64,000 nt of DNA from an uncultured Planctomycetaceae bacterium (lineage in GTDB: Bacteria > Planctomycetota > Planctomycetia > Planctomycetales > Planctomycetaceae): contig CAXBME010000019.1 in the NCBI GenBank assembly GCA_963976765.1, positions 1 to 64,000 on the forward strand, written 5' to 3'. Made by a program: the position numbers and the translations under genes. Each line of letters starts with the position of its first letter. Position 1 is the first letter of the stretch. The notes below the pieces were generated by a model. It ran no database searches and was not told the DNA's origin. It saw only the letters and a list, made by a program, of their open reading frames with translations. Below are positions 33,401 to 42,046 of this stretch, in pieces.

Positions 33401-34308
33401 ATGCGAAGGATGTTTCTGTTGACGATACCGTTGAAGAGGTGAAGAAAAAATTGAGTTTCTGGCAGTCTCGCCGGAAGTCGAAACAGAAGCCGACAAAGCG
33501 AAAAGTCGCGCTTTCGGATCTGGCAGAGGCGGCACAGGAAGCAGGAACCGACGAAGAAGAACAGTTGCAGGCCTTCCGTTCGATGCTCGGCTCGATGTTC
33601 GGAATGAAGAAACCCGACGACGAAATTCCAGGCGGTCCAGCGTCCATCGAGAGTCCTGGAGTGAAAGCTGCTGATAATGGCGAGGGGACTTCCATCGAAG
33701 AGCCGGTCATCATTCAGGAACCGTCCTGGGCTCGCCATGTGACACCGACGGAGCCAGAAGTTGATCGGTCCAGCTCAAGACAAGCGGAGCAGGGGAATTC
33801 TGACAAGTCCGATGATCGACACGCGAAGAATCGGGATCTGGCTCGTCGCATGGCGATGACTTCGCTGCGTGAAGTGGCGAATCAGTCTGCACGAAATGCG
33901 CTGTCCGAGCACACTCAGAGAAAGTTGAAGCGAAAGATGTGGATCGACGGCTCGCTGGCCTGTATCTCGATGGGCCTGGGCGGAGCGTTTCTGTCGCAGA
34001 ACTTTGAGCAGTCTTTATCGTGGAAGACGTACGGTGGCGTGGCGGTGATCATCGGGGTGATCGCGATTATTGAGATGTTCCGCACGTTCATTCGGTGGCA
34101 ACGTGCGACGGCAATGAGAAAATCCGGAGGGACTCGTCGGACTCGTCGCCCCAGTTTCGAGGATCGGTACGACCGTCACACTCCGGACACTCAGCCTGCT
34201 CCATCGGCAACGTGGCCACCACAGCCGCAGCATTCGCACCAGCCCGCAACGGACAACGCTGAACTGAATGAAGTTGCGGATTCGACGCTAGAGGATCTCC
34301 CGGTCTAA
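27499..34308 (+). CDS. Giant FHA-domain coiled-coil protein with two C-terminal TM helices
   Basis: ORF 27304..34308, likely ATG at 27499. N-terminal FHA-like fold (TIGS...QHCLI...TWLN...DRLAIGPTEF), ~1800 aa E/Q/R/L-rich heptad region, acidic linker and two hydrophobic helices near the C-terminus. Confidence 0.85.
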   Translation: MSGQFETHGHTVRSIRPVRQVLVIEPVQQHHGLQAILLLPGTQCTIGSSRACTLTVRAQAILPQHCLIVSGANSTLLKEWGDSTWLNDRPVRESMELMENDRLAIGPTEFRIRQAHAEEIDAAYSGNDDGDSVNNVSLPVEELNHQRAQLAAQQQRLADEAAGLDSREQKLLNREKELNARFEELDEQFKSLCERTGAAGTGDLNEQLLTLQGNGDVLKAEREELERLRKELEESRAEQLNRETEFKDRERDLDRHRAALANQELDLEHRRKEFRQREEAAEKLHAQYLEQEKSVEIQRREFDRRQKELDEQRSSLEALREQLTEKGDWSDGEVSSAKKLIDVEREELARHKAQMERERRDLDARQKEFELKQQSVSYEVEDAERRVAILKDREQRLAEQDEELRQRERELDEQLILLTEKTSEAGGEDNQQEAFREQLHRLAESLRKREETLRNQIERYNRDIAQWQDQLESQRTLLESRLSEAGRKEEFLSRRTQELADRERNLMKQLTDVERKTVDTSAQEVTLLDLETRVKRQQADLDSRERELRIQETEISEQREAFEKTMDDVESRRKELERRQLELDERTREFERTLGTREAEVASRAKEVEEQSKSLKERVLRADSLERTLAEQQRACEEAREEFERQKLEWDQRVHDSEGKISEQEHEFEERTHALKIELDERESRIVQRESDLQKLREEIRHSEDRLRVEQEELSRQRSEMQTLIAKASTTEGDLEEARQQLIQDELRVQEEASRLTRDRHEVDRRAEELERDRSTLAVEQKELVEQRARVTELEERLEQNELKLSEERSELTVQLARCQDEKTAIEQQRKELDEVRADLDRKHFSLVEQEAQLEQERETLQEGRASLETQLLGLDQEKSKLEEKTKAYGTAQSALDDYHASLKADRERLERDRKKLQEAQAELRRRDAELETLRCDMDEERQRIETEYSGIDASRESFQLEKVAMHQQQAELKEELDRLDVARKEIAAARADVVSQTEEMHEKRMQLEELDVEYTLKQSELAKTAEALEQERNALDQQSTKIDEWQQELNDREAQLAEEQSLLEKEREEADQQREKIDAEAVELEAVRVEAEELREQSQSAASELAARQQEFEAEQLARREQIAEERQSIIEQQAEIFRTLDQFAKDNAEFNDEKTRHEEDLQARHAELDVQLAELAARDLELDEARAAFAIAQEQLANDRAEFTRNRREFDNDREQLDVERVEISEQRQELEAALARLAIEQGELAAARDALAEESSQLGVRRAELESHQAELSAGRAEIEQREAHLKSSQQELDQNVEDLRLEKETLELRQAQMQSEQAKIDADRECLDERDAEIEKAEQELAEQRVECSVDRDELKTQRTQLNELRTSLEAERGEVSAERARLALEQAKVESQYAKIEAEKTRIDADLARVETEKAEVAADRHHVDALKKKLELLENQLGDAKKALNEDREALHGRMEELNVEHADLREERHRVETGKVELAGQGTELAEREQELTTRLEQAILELKAERELRDSDRRRVAELEQKLLTGDSDPDEAQQELMGRVEGALKELEKERLQRDQDRHRVAEIEKRMADEQAELAALRAQIAQEEEKVQSHRIGVSAKADELSTLQMKLAQKEMELTRIREEVEIEQHSVTSQLEQLGSGREKLKSDWQRLDTERDNLVSQNHSVSRQARDLAERLEDAIEQLQKERLAREADRTQLHEVEARFEEGQQQLQQMRQQLTAEKQKLLARQRKLAQKETEIKGASKSLEANREGLQSQIAVMTSRIERLLAERDDLDNRQQALTHELSETDDEHLKERLQMALEELQYEQRARHLERQQLAQMVQQFSHVKEKLIQEQGRLSKAVTDLAEDSSNREQTIDLEFDVDDVLASDESGEADLWGAGETEASRLEGRVEEIEAEVESLRQERDELAQKREETEEAMNELLEAGSAEQEDLWNVEDNHDDESELESELVGEAESDAKDVSVDDTVEEVKKKLSFWQSRRKSKQKPTKRKVALSDLAEAAQEAGTDEEEQLQAFRSMLGSMFGMKKPDDEIPGGPASIESPGVKAADNGEGTSIEEPVIIQEPSWARHVTPTEPEVDRSSSRQAEQGNSDKSDDRHAKNRDLARRMAMTSLREVANQSARNALSEHTQRKLKRKMWIDGSLACISMGLGGAFLSQNFEQSLSWKTYGGVAVIIGVIAIIEMFRTFIRWQRATAMRKSGGTRRTRRPSFEDRYDRHTPDTQPAPSATWPPQPQHSHQPATDNAELNEVADSTLEDLPV

Positions 34309-34334
34309 CCGAATTAGACACGGATCGCGGAATC

Positions 34335-34365
34335 GAGGACGAGGCGATTGCTTCGTCCTCTTTTT
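34335..34365 (+). terminator. Intrinsic terminator
   Basis: GAGGACGAGGC-gatt-GCTTCGTCCTC followed by TTTTT, just downstream of the giant CDS. Confidence 0.85.
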
Positions 34366-34661
34366 GTATCCGGAGCGGTCGAACGTTTGCAGGATGCAGG
34401 CGAAGTCCTCCGTTAAAACCGGTTCAATTCGAGCTTCCTGACAAACACTCGCGGCGTTTCAAATTGCGTCGGTCTGAATTCCGACCCAGTTGTCAGAAGC
34501 AGGTTAGATTCGAGACGTCAAACGTCCTTCACAGTGGTTCGCCGCAGATTTGATTTCTGAGACGTTCTGATCGCGAACTCTCACTGTCGCTCAATGGTGA
34601 TCGAAACAGTGAGTTTTCTGGCCATACCTGAACTGACTCCCGGGATGAATATCTGGAAGCC

Positions 34662-35732
34662 ATGACTCGTCGAATCGTGTACGCATTCCTGTCTCTTGCC
34701 GTGATCGTGCTGTTGGCTGCCGTCGCCAGTCCGGTTGCTGTCGGGCAGGATCTGCCGAAGTTGCGACAGGTTCTGCAACTGCCCGAGCCGATTCCTCGCA
34801 TTGATGCCGGAGCTGTGTCTCGACCAGGCTCCGGGACGTCGATCAGTGACGAAGAACATTGGATCGTAAGCGCCAGACACTGCCAGCAGCGATGCCACGA
34901 CTGTGCTCATGATTGCTGTTTTAAATACGTTCGCTCGGACTGGAACGGCTGTGCGACGGCGTCGTCGAGCGAAGACTTTCATCGCTGGCTGAAGCCGGGC
35001 GTTCCTCTCTGCATCATGGTTCACGGAAGTTTTGTGACGGCTGATACCGTTGCTGAAGATTCCAAGAATACTTTTCGCTGGCTGCGACAGGCTGCTCCTG
35101 AGTTGCCGCTGCAGGTTGTCTTTCTCACCTGGCCCAGCGAAGGGCTACTGACTCTGGATCCCGCAATTGCGGTCTCATCGGCGGTGCCTGGGATTGATGT
35201 TGCCATTCTGGGGCGACGCGCCGAGTTCAACGGTATTCGTCTGGTTAAGTTGATCCAGTCGATTTCGCCCGAGTCGCCGATTTGTCTGATCGGTCACAGT
35301 CATGGAGCACGCATCGTGACTTCAGGTCTGAACCTGATGGGAGGCGGCGAGCTGTGCGGTCTGCAACTTTGCGAAGGTCCGTCTCATCAGATTCGGACGA
35401 TTCTCTTTGGGGCGGCGATTGATCACGACTGGCTATGCCCAGGGCAGAGATATGAAAAAGCGTTGAACGCGACGGAATGCCTGCTGAATGTTCGAGTTCG
35501 CAAAGACTGGGCGTTGATGGTTTATCCTTTGCGAAAACCATTCTCTCGGCGGGCGCTGGGGAGTTCAGGGTTCACTCAGGGAGATCTTGAACAATTCGGG
35601 GATCGAGCTTCGCAGGTGGCGAACTACGACCTGTCCGAGATGATTGGTTATGGCCACATCTGGCCAGAGTTTTATCAGCACCAGTCGATCGCCAATGAGC
35701 TGGTCAGCTGGGTGTACTTCGTCAATCGGTAG
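34662..35732 (+). CDS. Secreted alpha/beta hydrolase (DUF900-like)
   Basis: Signal peptide; motifs IMVHG, TWPS, GHSHG nucleophile elbow, AAID, ALG.SG and GH. Confidence 0.75.
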   Translation: MTRRIVYAFLSLAVIVLLAAVASPVAVGQDLPKLRQVLQLPEPIPRIDAGAVSRPGSGTSISDEEHWIVSARHCQQRCHDCAHDCCFKYVRSDWNGCATASSSEDFHRWLKPGVPLCIMVHGSFVTADTVAEDSKNTFRWLRQAAPELPLQVVFLTWPSEGLLTLDPAIAVSSAVPGIDVAILGRRAEFNGIRLVKLIQSISPESPICLIGHSHGARIVTSGLNLMGGGELCGLQLCEGPSHQIRTILFGAAIDHDWLCPGQRYEKALNATECLLNVRVRKDWALMVYPLRKPFSRRALGSSGFTQGDLEQFGDRASQVANYDLSEMIGYGHIWPEFYQHQSIANELVSWVYFVNR

Positions 35733-35803
35733 TCCCACAGGCTGGCACTGGTTACAACCCTGAAGGTCTATCAATCAGCGCAGACAAATGACGGAGCGTC
35801 GCC

Positions 35804-36517
35804 GTGCAAATCCAGTGGATGGTTTTCGACGCCGTCGGAACGGTGATCGATCCTGAGCCGAGCGTTGCTCACGCCTACCATTTGATTGGCCAGCAGTTTG
35901 GCTCTCGACGAACTCTTGAAGACGTGCAATCGAGATTCAAAACGGCGTTTGCGGAAACCGAGCGGCAGGACCGGTCCCCTGATACCGCCGGGCTGGTGAC
36001 AAATGCCGCCGTCGAGGAAGCTCGCTGGCGACACATCGTGGCCGCTGTTTTTCCGGAAGTCGAAGATGCGGAAGGCTGCTTTCAGCGGCTGCACGATTAC
36101 TTCGGGGAACCGACTGCCTGGCGGGCGTTTGACGATACTCTTCCGGCGTTGCACTCGCTGAGCGAACGAGGCGTTCGTCTGGCCATTGCCTCTAACTTTG
36201 ACCATCGTCTACATCCTGTTTGTGATGGTATTGCCGCGCTGGGTTTGTTTGAAAAGCGGTTCATCTCGTCGGAGCTGGGCTTTCGAAAACCTTCTGCCGA
36301 CTTCTACCGCGCGGTCGTTGCAGGGCTGAATACGGCTCCGGAAAGAATCCTGATGGTGGGAGACGGCCTGGAGAATGACGTCGAGGGTGCTTTGTCGGTC
36401 GGCATGAAGGCGGTATTGATCGATCGAAAGCTGGTTCGAAACGGGGACGACGATTTCTCGAACCGACCGTACTGTCTGATTCGTTCGTTGTCAGAGTTGC
36501 AGGGATTGCTGACGTGA
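35804..36517 (+). CDS. HAD-superfamily hydrolase (subfamily IA)
   Basis: Motifs FDAVGT, SNFD, KP and MVGD...NDVEGA. Confidence 0.9.
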   Translation: MQIQWMVFDAVGTVIDPEPSVAHAYHLIGQQFGSRRTLEDVQSRFKTAFAETERQDRSPDTAGLVTNAAVEEARWRHIVAAVFPEVEDAEGCFQRLHDYFGEPTAWRAFDDTLPALHSLSERGVRLAIASNFDHRLHPVCDGIAALGLFEKRFISSELGFRKPSADFYRAVVAGLNTAPERILMVGDGLENDVEGALSVGMKAVLIDRKLVRNGDDDFSNRPYCLIRSLSELQGLLT

Positions 36518-37389
36518 TTCGCCCCTGGGTAGCCATCCAGAGGAACCCGCGTTCGGGCAGTGGGAAACGGCGCCGGTTTCTCTTCGACCTTGCTGCAGCT
36601 CTTAAGCGACACGGTCTGCGTCCGCACATTTTCTCCCGTCGTGAATTTCTCGCCGAGCGATTGAGTGATCCCGAGCGTCGAGCCTCACTGGTTGGAATTG
36701 TCGCTGCGGGAGGAGACGGAACGCTTGCGGATGTGGCCAATCGATTTCCGGGAGTGCCGGCTTGCCCGTTTCCGCTGGGAACTGAAAACCTGCTGGCAAA
36801 GTACCTGGGGATCCCACTGGACGGCCGAGCGGCGGCGCGGATTATTGCAGCGGGCAACGTGCGAAGGTTTGATATCGGGCTGGCTGGTCAGGAAACGAAG
36901 TTTTTGATCATGGGCAGCGTCGGATTTGATGGCGATGTGATCCGCCGGCTGCACGAAAATCGGAGAGGAAACATCTCGCACCTGAGCTATGTCTCGCCGA
37001 TTTTAAAGTCCGCTCTTCAGTACCCGTTTCCGAAGTTGACCGTGACAGGCAACGGGCTGGCCGAGTCGCTGGAAGGTTCGCTGGTCGTGGTTTCAAACTT
37101 TCCGGCGTACGCGTTCAAGCTGCCGGTCAACCCTGACGCCGAACCGGATGACGGACTGCTGACCGTTCGCGTTTTCCAGAAACCGGGGCGATGGAATTTT
37201 GCGAAGTACAGCGCGATGGTCACTCAGAGGCTGCACCTGGACAGATCGGACGTGCAGGTCTTCACAACTTCCGAAGTCAAAATTCAGAGTGAAGGAACGG
37301 CACCGGTCCAGATTGACGGCGACCCGCTCGGAATGACGCCGGTGACGTTTCGATGCCTGCCTGGTGAGCTGCAACTCTTTGTTCCTTAA
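36514..37389 (+). CDS. Diacylglycerol/lipid kinase family protein
   Basis: Motifs NPRSG, AGGDGT, PLGTENLLA, GFDG, DDGLL and QIDGD; overlaps the HAD stop. Confidence 0.9.
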   Translation: MIRPWVAIQRNPRSGSGKRRRFLFDLAAALKRHGLRPHIFSRREFLAERLSDPERRASLVGIVAAGGDGTLADVANRFPGVPACPFPLGTENLLAKYLGIPLDGRAAARIIAAGNVRRFDIGLAGQETKFLIMGSVGFDGDVIRRLHENRRGNISHLSYVSPILKSALQYPFPKLTVTGNGLAESLEGSLVVVSNFPAYAFKLPVNPDAEPDDGLLTVRVFQKPGRWNFAKYSAMVTQRLHLDRSDVQVFTTSEVKIQSEGTAPVQIDGDPLGMTPVTFRCLPGELQLFVP

Positions 37390-37395
37390 GTGGGC

Positions 37396-39171
37396 TTACA
37401 GATCCTGGTTACCGTCAATCCGGGTAGCGATGCCCAGGCCGAGTAGCCGGAGGAAGCCGTTTTCGACCTGGATGCGGATTCGAAAACCGTCCTTCAAAGT
37501 TCGGGCATCGAGCCGAGCGATGTCGCTGCCTTCGGCTTCGAAGGCCTGAAGAGCCAGGGCAGCGAAGCGACCAGGCTGGTCGCGGTCGGACTGGTTAATG
37601 TTGATCCATTCAGTCAGGTTGACGATTACCTGGAGTGGAGCCAGTTCGCCTCGCCTCAGACCGGAGTCGTTTCCAGCAGCGATGCGGTCGATGGCGGCTC
37701 GCAGAGTAGGAATGGCGTCGTCGCCTCCAACGGTGAACCAGAGAGCCTGATTGTCCGTACCAAAATAGAGTGCCGACTCTTCTCCAAACAATCTCTTGTC
37801 GCCACGGCCACGATTTTTGCTGGAAAGTCTGTGGAAGACGATGTCGCCGTAGGAGTCGACGCCGAGTTCCACATCAATGTTGGCGTCGGTTCGGCTGGCC
37901 TTTTCAATGACTTCGCTGAGCCCTGAACCAAACGCCCCGGCATTCACAACCTTAATGCCTCCAATGAGGACAAACTTTTCTCCGGGTTCACCGAAGAACT
38001 GAACGAAGCCGTCCAGATGTCCCTCTTTGATGGTCTCGCGAAGGGCGTCGAAAAGATCCTGCGTTGACTTGAGGCCGGGGATGTCTTCTACGGCAGTGTC
38101 TTTGGGCAAGCCGGCGAGCCCCCGGTTGGATTCCTGCTCGGTCAGGTTGAAGAGATCGAGCATTGTCTTGCGGCCCTGCTTGTCCAGGATCGCCGAAACG
38201 GAACCACTCAGCGGCACGCTTTCATCGATTGCGGGAGCGAAGTAACTCGGTTTGGCGATGCCTTCTTTCAGCTCTTTAGCAAACGACGAGTTGGGAGTTG
38301 CTTTGACGACGAGTTCGAGCGACGCGTTCTTCGCGGTCTGGTCGACTTTGAATCCCAGTGTTAGCTCTTCACCGTCCCGCAGGACGTTCTCGACGAAATG
38401 CAGGTTGCCTTCTGACTGAGAGCGACGCAGGTTGTAAACCGCTTCCGGTTCATCGTCGCGCCGTTGCATCGAAGCCTGCGCGGAGTTCTTGATTGTCAAC
38501 AGAATCAGATCACGAACAGCCTTAGGCGTCTTGCGGAGGTTGGCCGACGCGCAGATGTCGTAGCGGTTGGCCAGTGGTCCAGCGAATTCTTCCGGCGACG
38601 CAAACGTGCGATTGATGCTTTCCTCGTTCTGTCCGATGAAGGCGTAGCCGTCCTGCAGAACGACGAAGCTGGTTGGGCCTCGGCGAGGGATGAGTTCGTA
38701 GCGATCTTCTTCACCGGGAATCAACTTCAGTTGAGCACCCATCGACGTGAAGGTTTGACCGAGTTCTCCGATGTCTGCAACCGGAAGAAAGCCGACCGGA
38801 ATTGGCATGGGAATCAGCCCTTCCGAAACAAAGATCATCAGCCCGCCGGGTTTGGTTCGGTCAAGGCCTTCAAGGTCTCGGACATTCGCCAGACCGGCCC
38901 CGATCAGATCCATGACTTCGGGGCGTTCGATTTCGCCGAAGACATACCCGATGTGGTCCATAATTCGATCAACGCTGGCCACACAGACTGTGACGACCGG
39001 ATAGGCCGGAGCTGTTTCGTCAGCTGAATCCTGAGCGGACAATGTGCCGGCGCCACTGACCAGAACACTGGTGAGTAAGGCAAAAATGGTGGCAAGTCGG
39101 TGTTTCGATGAGGTTTTCTGGCTACCCGGCAGGACTGGTCGGTCGACGGACAATTGCACGATGAACTCCAA
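37396..39171 (-). CDS. Hypothetical secreted protein
   Basis: 591 aa ORF with a signal-peptide-like segment (LATIFALLTSVLVSGAGTLSAQ); start uncertain; no family recognised. Confidence 0.75.
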   Translation of the reverse strand: MEFIVQLSVDRPVLPGSQKTSSKHRLATIFALLTSVLVSGAGTLSAQDSADETAPAYPVVTVCVASVDRIMDHIGYVFGEIERPEVMDLIGAGLANVRDLEGLDRTKPGGLMIFVSEGLIPMPIPVGFLPVADIGELGQTFTSMGAQLKLIPGEEDRYELIPRRGPTSFVVLQDGYAFIGQNEESINRTFASPEEFAGPLANRYDICASANLRKTPKAVRDLILLTIKNSAQASMQRRDDEPEAVYNLRRSQSEGNLHFVENVLRDGEELTLGFKVDQTAKNASLELVVKATPNSSFAKELKEGIAKPSYFAPAIDESVPLSGSVSAILDKQGRKTMLDLFNLTEQESNRGLAGLPKDTAVEDIPGLKSTQDLFDALRETIKEGHLDGFVQFFGEPGEKFVLIGGIKVVNAGAFGSGLSEVIEKASRTDANIDVELGVDSYGDIVFHRLSSKNRGRGDKRLFGEESALYFGTDNQALWFTVGGDDAIPTLRAAIDRIAAGNDSGLRRGELAPLQVIVNLTEWININQSDRDQPGRFAALALQAFEAEGSDIARLDARTLKDGFRIRIQVENGFLRLLGLGIATRIDGNQDL

Positions 39172-39522
39172 TAGAAAATGGGGCGAACTCTTTGACGCCT
39201 CGACAATACCCCGGTATCAGGCACGGCGTTTCACCAGGTTCATGAATCGTCGGCTACAAACGATTTCGAAACACCGACAAACGCTGATTCCCACCAATTC
39301 AGGATCTGCGAAGATCAGTGTTTGTTAGCGTTCTCGACAATTCTGGTTCCGAATGCAAAATCTGTGAGCGGAAACGCGGTGACTCGCTGGACGGAATGCC
39401 CAAGGGTATACTCGCCTGAAACGGCCATCGCCACTGATTGAGGCCTCGCTGTAACTGAAAACGCGGGACGAGGTTCCACTTAGATTGCTCCTCTTTTTCT
39501 GAATTATCTTCACCGAATATCC

Positions 39523-40827
39523 ATGTCCGAACGCACGTGCCGGCTTGTGACCCTCGGGTGCAAAGTCAACCAGTACGAAACGCAGCTCGTCAAAGAGACG
39601 CTCCTCAGCAACGGTTTTCGCGAAGCGGCTGAGAACGAGGCGGCGGATCTGTGCGTCGTTAATACCTGCACCGTAACCGGGGAAGCGGATTCGAAGGGCC
39701 GGCAGTTGATCCGGCAGTTGGCTCGGAAGAACCCCGGTACTCGCACGATCGTGATGGGCTGTTACGCGACTCGCGACCCGGAAACGCTACGAGGCTTGCC
39801 GGGCGTCTTTGAGATCGTCCGCGACAAACGAGAATTGCCTGACGTCTTCGACCGGTTGGGCATTGTCGACATTCCGGACGGCATCAGCCACTTTGACGGT
39901 CGACGTCGAGCCTTCGTGAAGGTGCAGGACGGCTGCATCCTGCGCTGTACTTACTGCATCATTCCCGCCGTCAGGCCAGGTTTGCAGAGTCGAACTCCGG
40001 AATCGATTGAAGCTGAAGTCAGACGTCTGATCGACAATGGCTACCAGGAAATTGTGCTCAGCGGAATTCATGTCGGGCATTACGGAGTCGACACGACTCG
40101 AGGCAAGTCGGGGTTGCCGCCGTTTCGTCTGTGGCATCTTTTCGAAAAGCTCGACCGGATTCCGGGCAACTGGAGAATGCGGCTTTCCAGTATCGAGGCG
40201 GTCGAGGTGAACGACGAATTCATTAACGCAGCGGCGAACTGCGAGCATCTCTGTCCGCAGTTTCACCCGTCGTTGCAGAGTGGTTCTGAAGCTGTTCTGC
40301 GTCGGATGCGACGCCGGTATTCGATGGCGAAGTTCCTGGAGAAACTGGAACAGATGCGCGAGCGGCTGGACCATCCGGCATTCACGACCGATGTCATCGT
40401 GGGATTTCCTGGGGAGACGGATGCCGAGTTTGAGGAAACCCTCGAAGCGTGTCGGCAGGCCAGATTCATGAAGATTCACGTGTTCCCGTTCAGTCGACGG
40501 AAAGGGACCCCGGCTGCGGAATTTCCCAATCAGGTGCCGCCGGAAATCCGCAAAGAACGTTGCCGGGTCCTCACCGAACTCGGACGTGATCTTGCTGAAG
40601 ATTACTATCAGACGCTGGTTGGTCGAGACCTGGAAGTTCTCGTCGAGCGCGAATATCGTGACCGCCCCGGCTGGGTTGGCGGATCGGATCGACGGTACGT
40701 TCCAGTTGAACTTCCGGGCACAAGTCACGACATTGGCACGCTGGTGTCAGCAAGAGGCGAAGTGGCCGGTCGTGAGCAGCTAATCGCGAATAGAATTGAA
40801 AACGCGCCGCTGGTCGGTGTGACTTGA
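39523..40827 (+). CDS. mtaB: tRNA (t6A37-C2) methylthiotransferase
   Basis: TLGCKVNQYET, NTCTVT, GCYA, KVQDGCILRCTYCIIP (radical SAM), IVGFPGET and HVFPFS.R.GTPA. Confidence 0.92.
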   Translation: MSERTCRLVTLGCKVNQYETQLVKETLLSNGFREAAENEAADLCVVNTCTVTGEADSKGRQLIRQLARKNPGTRTIVMGCYATRDPETLRGLPGVFEIVRDKRELPDVFDRLGIVDIPDGISHFDGRRRAFVKVQDGCILRCTYCIIPAVRPGLQSRTPESIEAEVRRLIDNGYQEIVLSGIHVGHYGVDTTRGKSGLPPFRLWHLFEKLDRIPGNWRMRLSSIEAVEVNDEFINAAANCEHLCPQFHPSLQSGSEAVLRRMRRRYSMAKFLEKLEQMRERLDHPAFTTDVIVGFPGETDAEFEETLEACRQARFMKIHVFPFSRRKGTPAAEFPNQVPPEIRKERCRVLTELGRDLAEDYYQTLVGRDLEVLVEREYRDRPGWVGGSDRRYVPVELPGTSHDIGTLVSARGEVAGREQLIANRIENAPLVGVT

Positions 40828-40909
40828 GATGGTTGACGTTTCTGACCAGGCGGAATCGTCTGGCAACAACGGGTTTCATGACGCAACGAACTGAGAAAGA
40901 AGGGCCGGC

Positions 40910-41314
40910 ATGGGCCTCGAAGATTTTCGACCTCGATATATCAACGTGACCGAGCATGGCGATATCGTCGTTGTCCGGTTCGGCGTTTCGCATATCAACG
41001 ACGAAGAGAATATCGAAGAGCTGGGGCACGAACTGTTCCTGCTGCCAGACCAGTTCGGCTTTCAGAAAATCGTTCTGAACATGTCCGGGGTTGAGTACGT
41101 CACCAGCTCGGTCGTCGGAAAGATGATCACGCTGCATCGCAAGCTGCATCGCAACCGTGGAAAAATGGTCATCTCAGATTTGACGTCTGGTGTTCAGGAC
41201 GTGCTCGATGCCAGCCGACTGTTAAGTTACTTCACGCATTGCGATGCGGAGGCAGCGGCGATTGCCGTTTTAAGAGCTCATGAAGATTTCGAAGGTGACT
41301 CGACGGTCGGATAA
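40910..41314 (+). CDS. STAS-domain anti-sigma factor antagonist
   Basis: IVLNMSGVEYVTSSVVG with the conserved phospho-acceptor Ser; 134 aa. Confidence 0.85.
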   Translation: MGLEDFRPRYINVTEHGDIVVVRFGVSHINDEENIEELGHELFLLPDQFGFQKIVLNMSGVEYVTSSVVGKMITLHRKLHRNRGKMVISDLTSGVQDVLDASRLLSYFTHCDAEAAAIAVLRAHEDFEGDSTVG

Positions 41315-41365
41315 GAATTTCGTCTGTGGGCGAACGGCCAGTAGGCGAACGATTGGATCAGAACC

Positions 41366-42046
41366 GTGTTGATTGCCATTGAAGGAATTGATGGTTCGGG
41401 CAAAGGAACTCAGGCGAAGTTGCTGCATCAGCGAATGCTTGATACGGGCCGCAGTTCCGAACTGATCAACTTTCCCCGTTACTCCGAAACTCATTTCGGG
41501 CAGACGATTGGCCGATTCCTGAACGGTGAGTTCGGCCAGCTTGACCAGGTCGATCCGCTACTGGCCGCGACGCTGTACGCGGCGGACCGCTTTGAGTCGA
41601 TCGGGATGCTGACCAATCTGCTTGACACCCGAGACGTTGTCGTTGCCGATCGCTACGTTGCGTCAAACGTTGCTCACCAGGGGGCGAAGAAATCTGGCGA
41701 TGAGCGAACCCGGCTCCAGGAATGGATCCTGAAAACAGAGCATGAAGTCTTTCAGCTGCCGCGAGCCCAGCTGGTCGTACATCTTGATTTGCCGGCCGAG
41801 ACGGCTCAGATGCTGATCGCTCGAAAAGCGAAACGTGACTACACCGACCAGGCGGCCGACATGCAGGAAGCCGATCGTGATTACCTGGACTCGGTTCGGC
41901 GGGCATACCTGGAACTCGCGTCGCAGGAAGCCGACTGGACGACGATTTCGTTGCTTGATGGCGAACGTCTGAAGTCAATTGAAGAAGTCGGTGACGAAAT
42001 CTGGTCGGTTGCCAATCGACGGCTCGACACTGGAAAGAGCGAATGA
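41366..42046 (+). CDS. tmk: Thymidylate kinase
   Basis: IEGIDGSGKGTQ P-loop, FPRY, LYAADR and DRYVASN. Confidence 0.92.
   Translation: MLIAIEGIDGSGKGTQAKLLHQRMLDTGRSSELINFPRYSETHFGQTIGRFLNGEFGQLDQVDPLLAATLYAADRFESIGMLTNLLDTRDVVVADRYVASNVAHQGAKKSGDERTRLQEWILKTEHEVFQLPRAQLVVHLDLPAETAQMLIARKAKRDYTDQAADMQEADRDYLDSVRRAYLELASQEADWTTISLLDGERLKSIEEVGDEIWSVANRRLDTGKSE

Noticed and set aside
27499..34308. Calling the giant protein Smc
   Set aside because: No Walker A/B, signature motif or hinge; it has an FHA-like head and TM helices instead.
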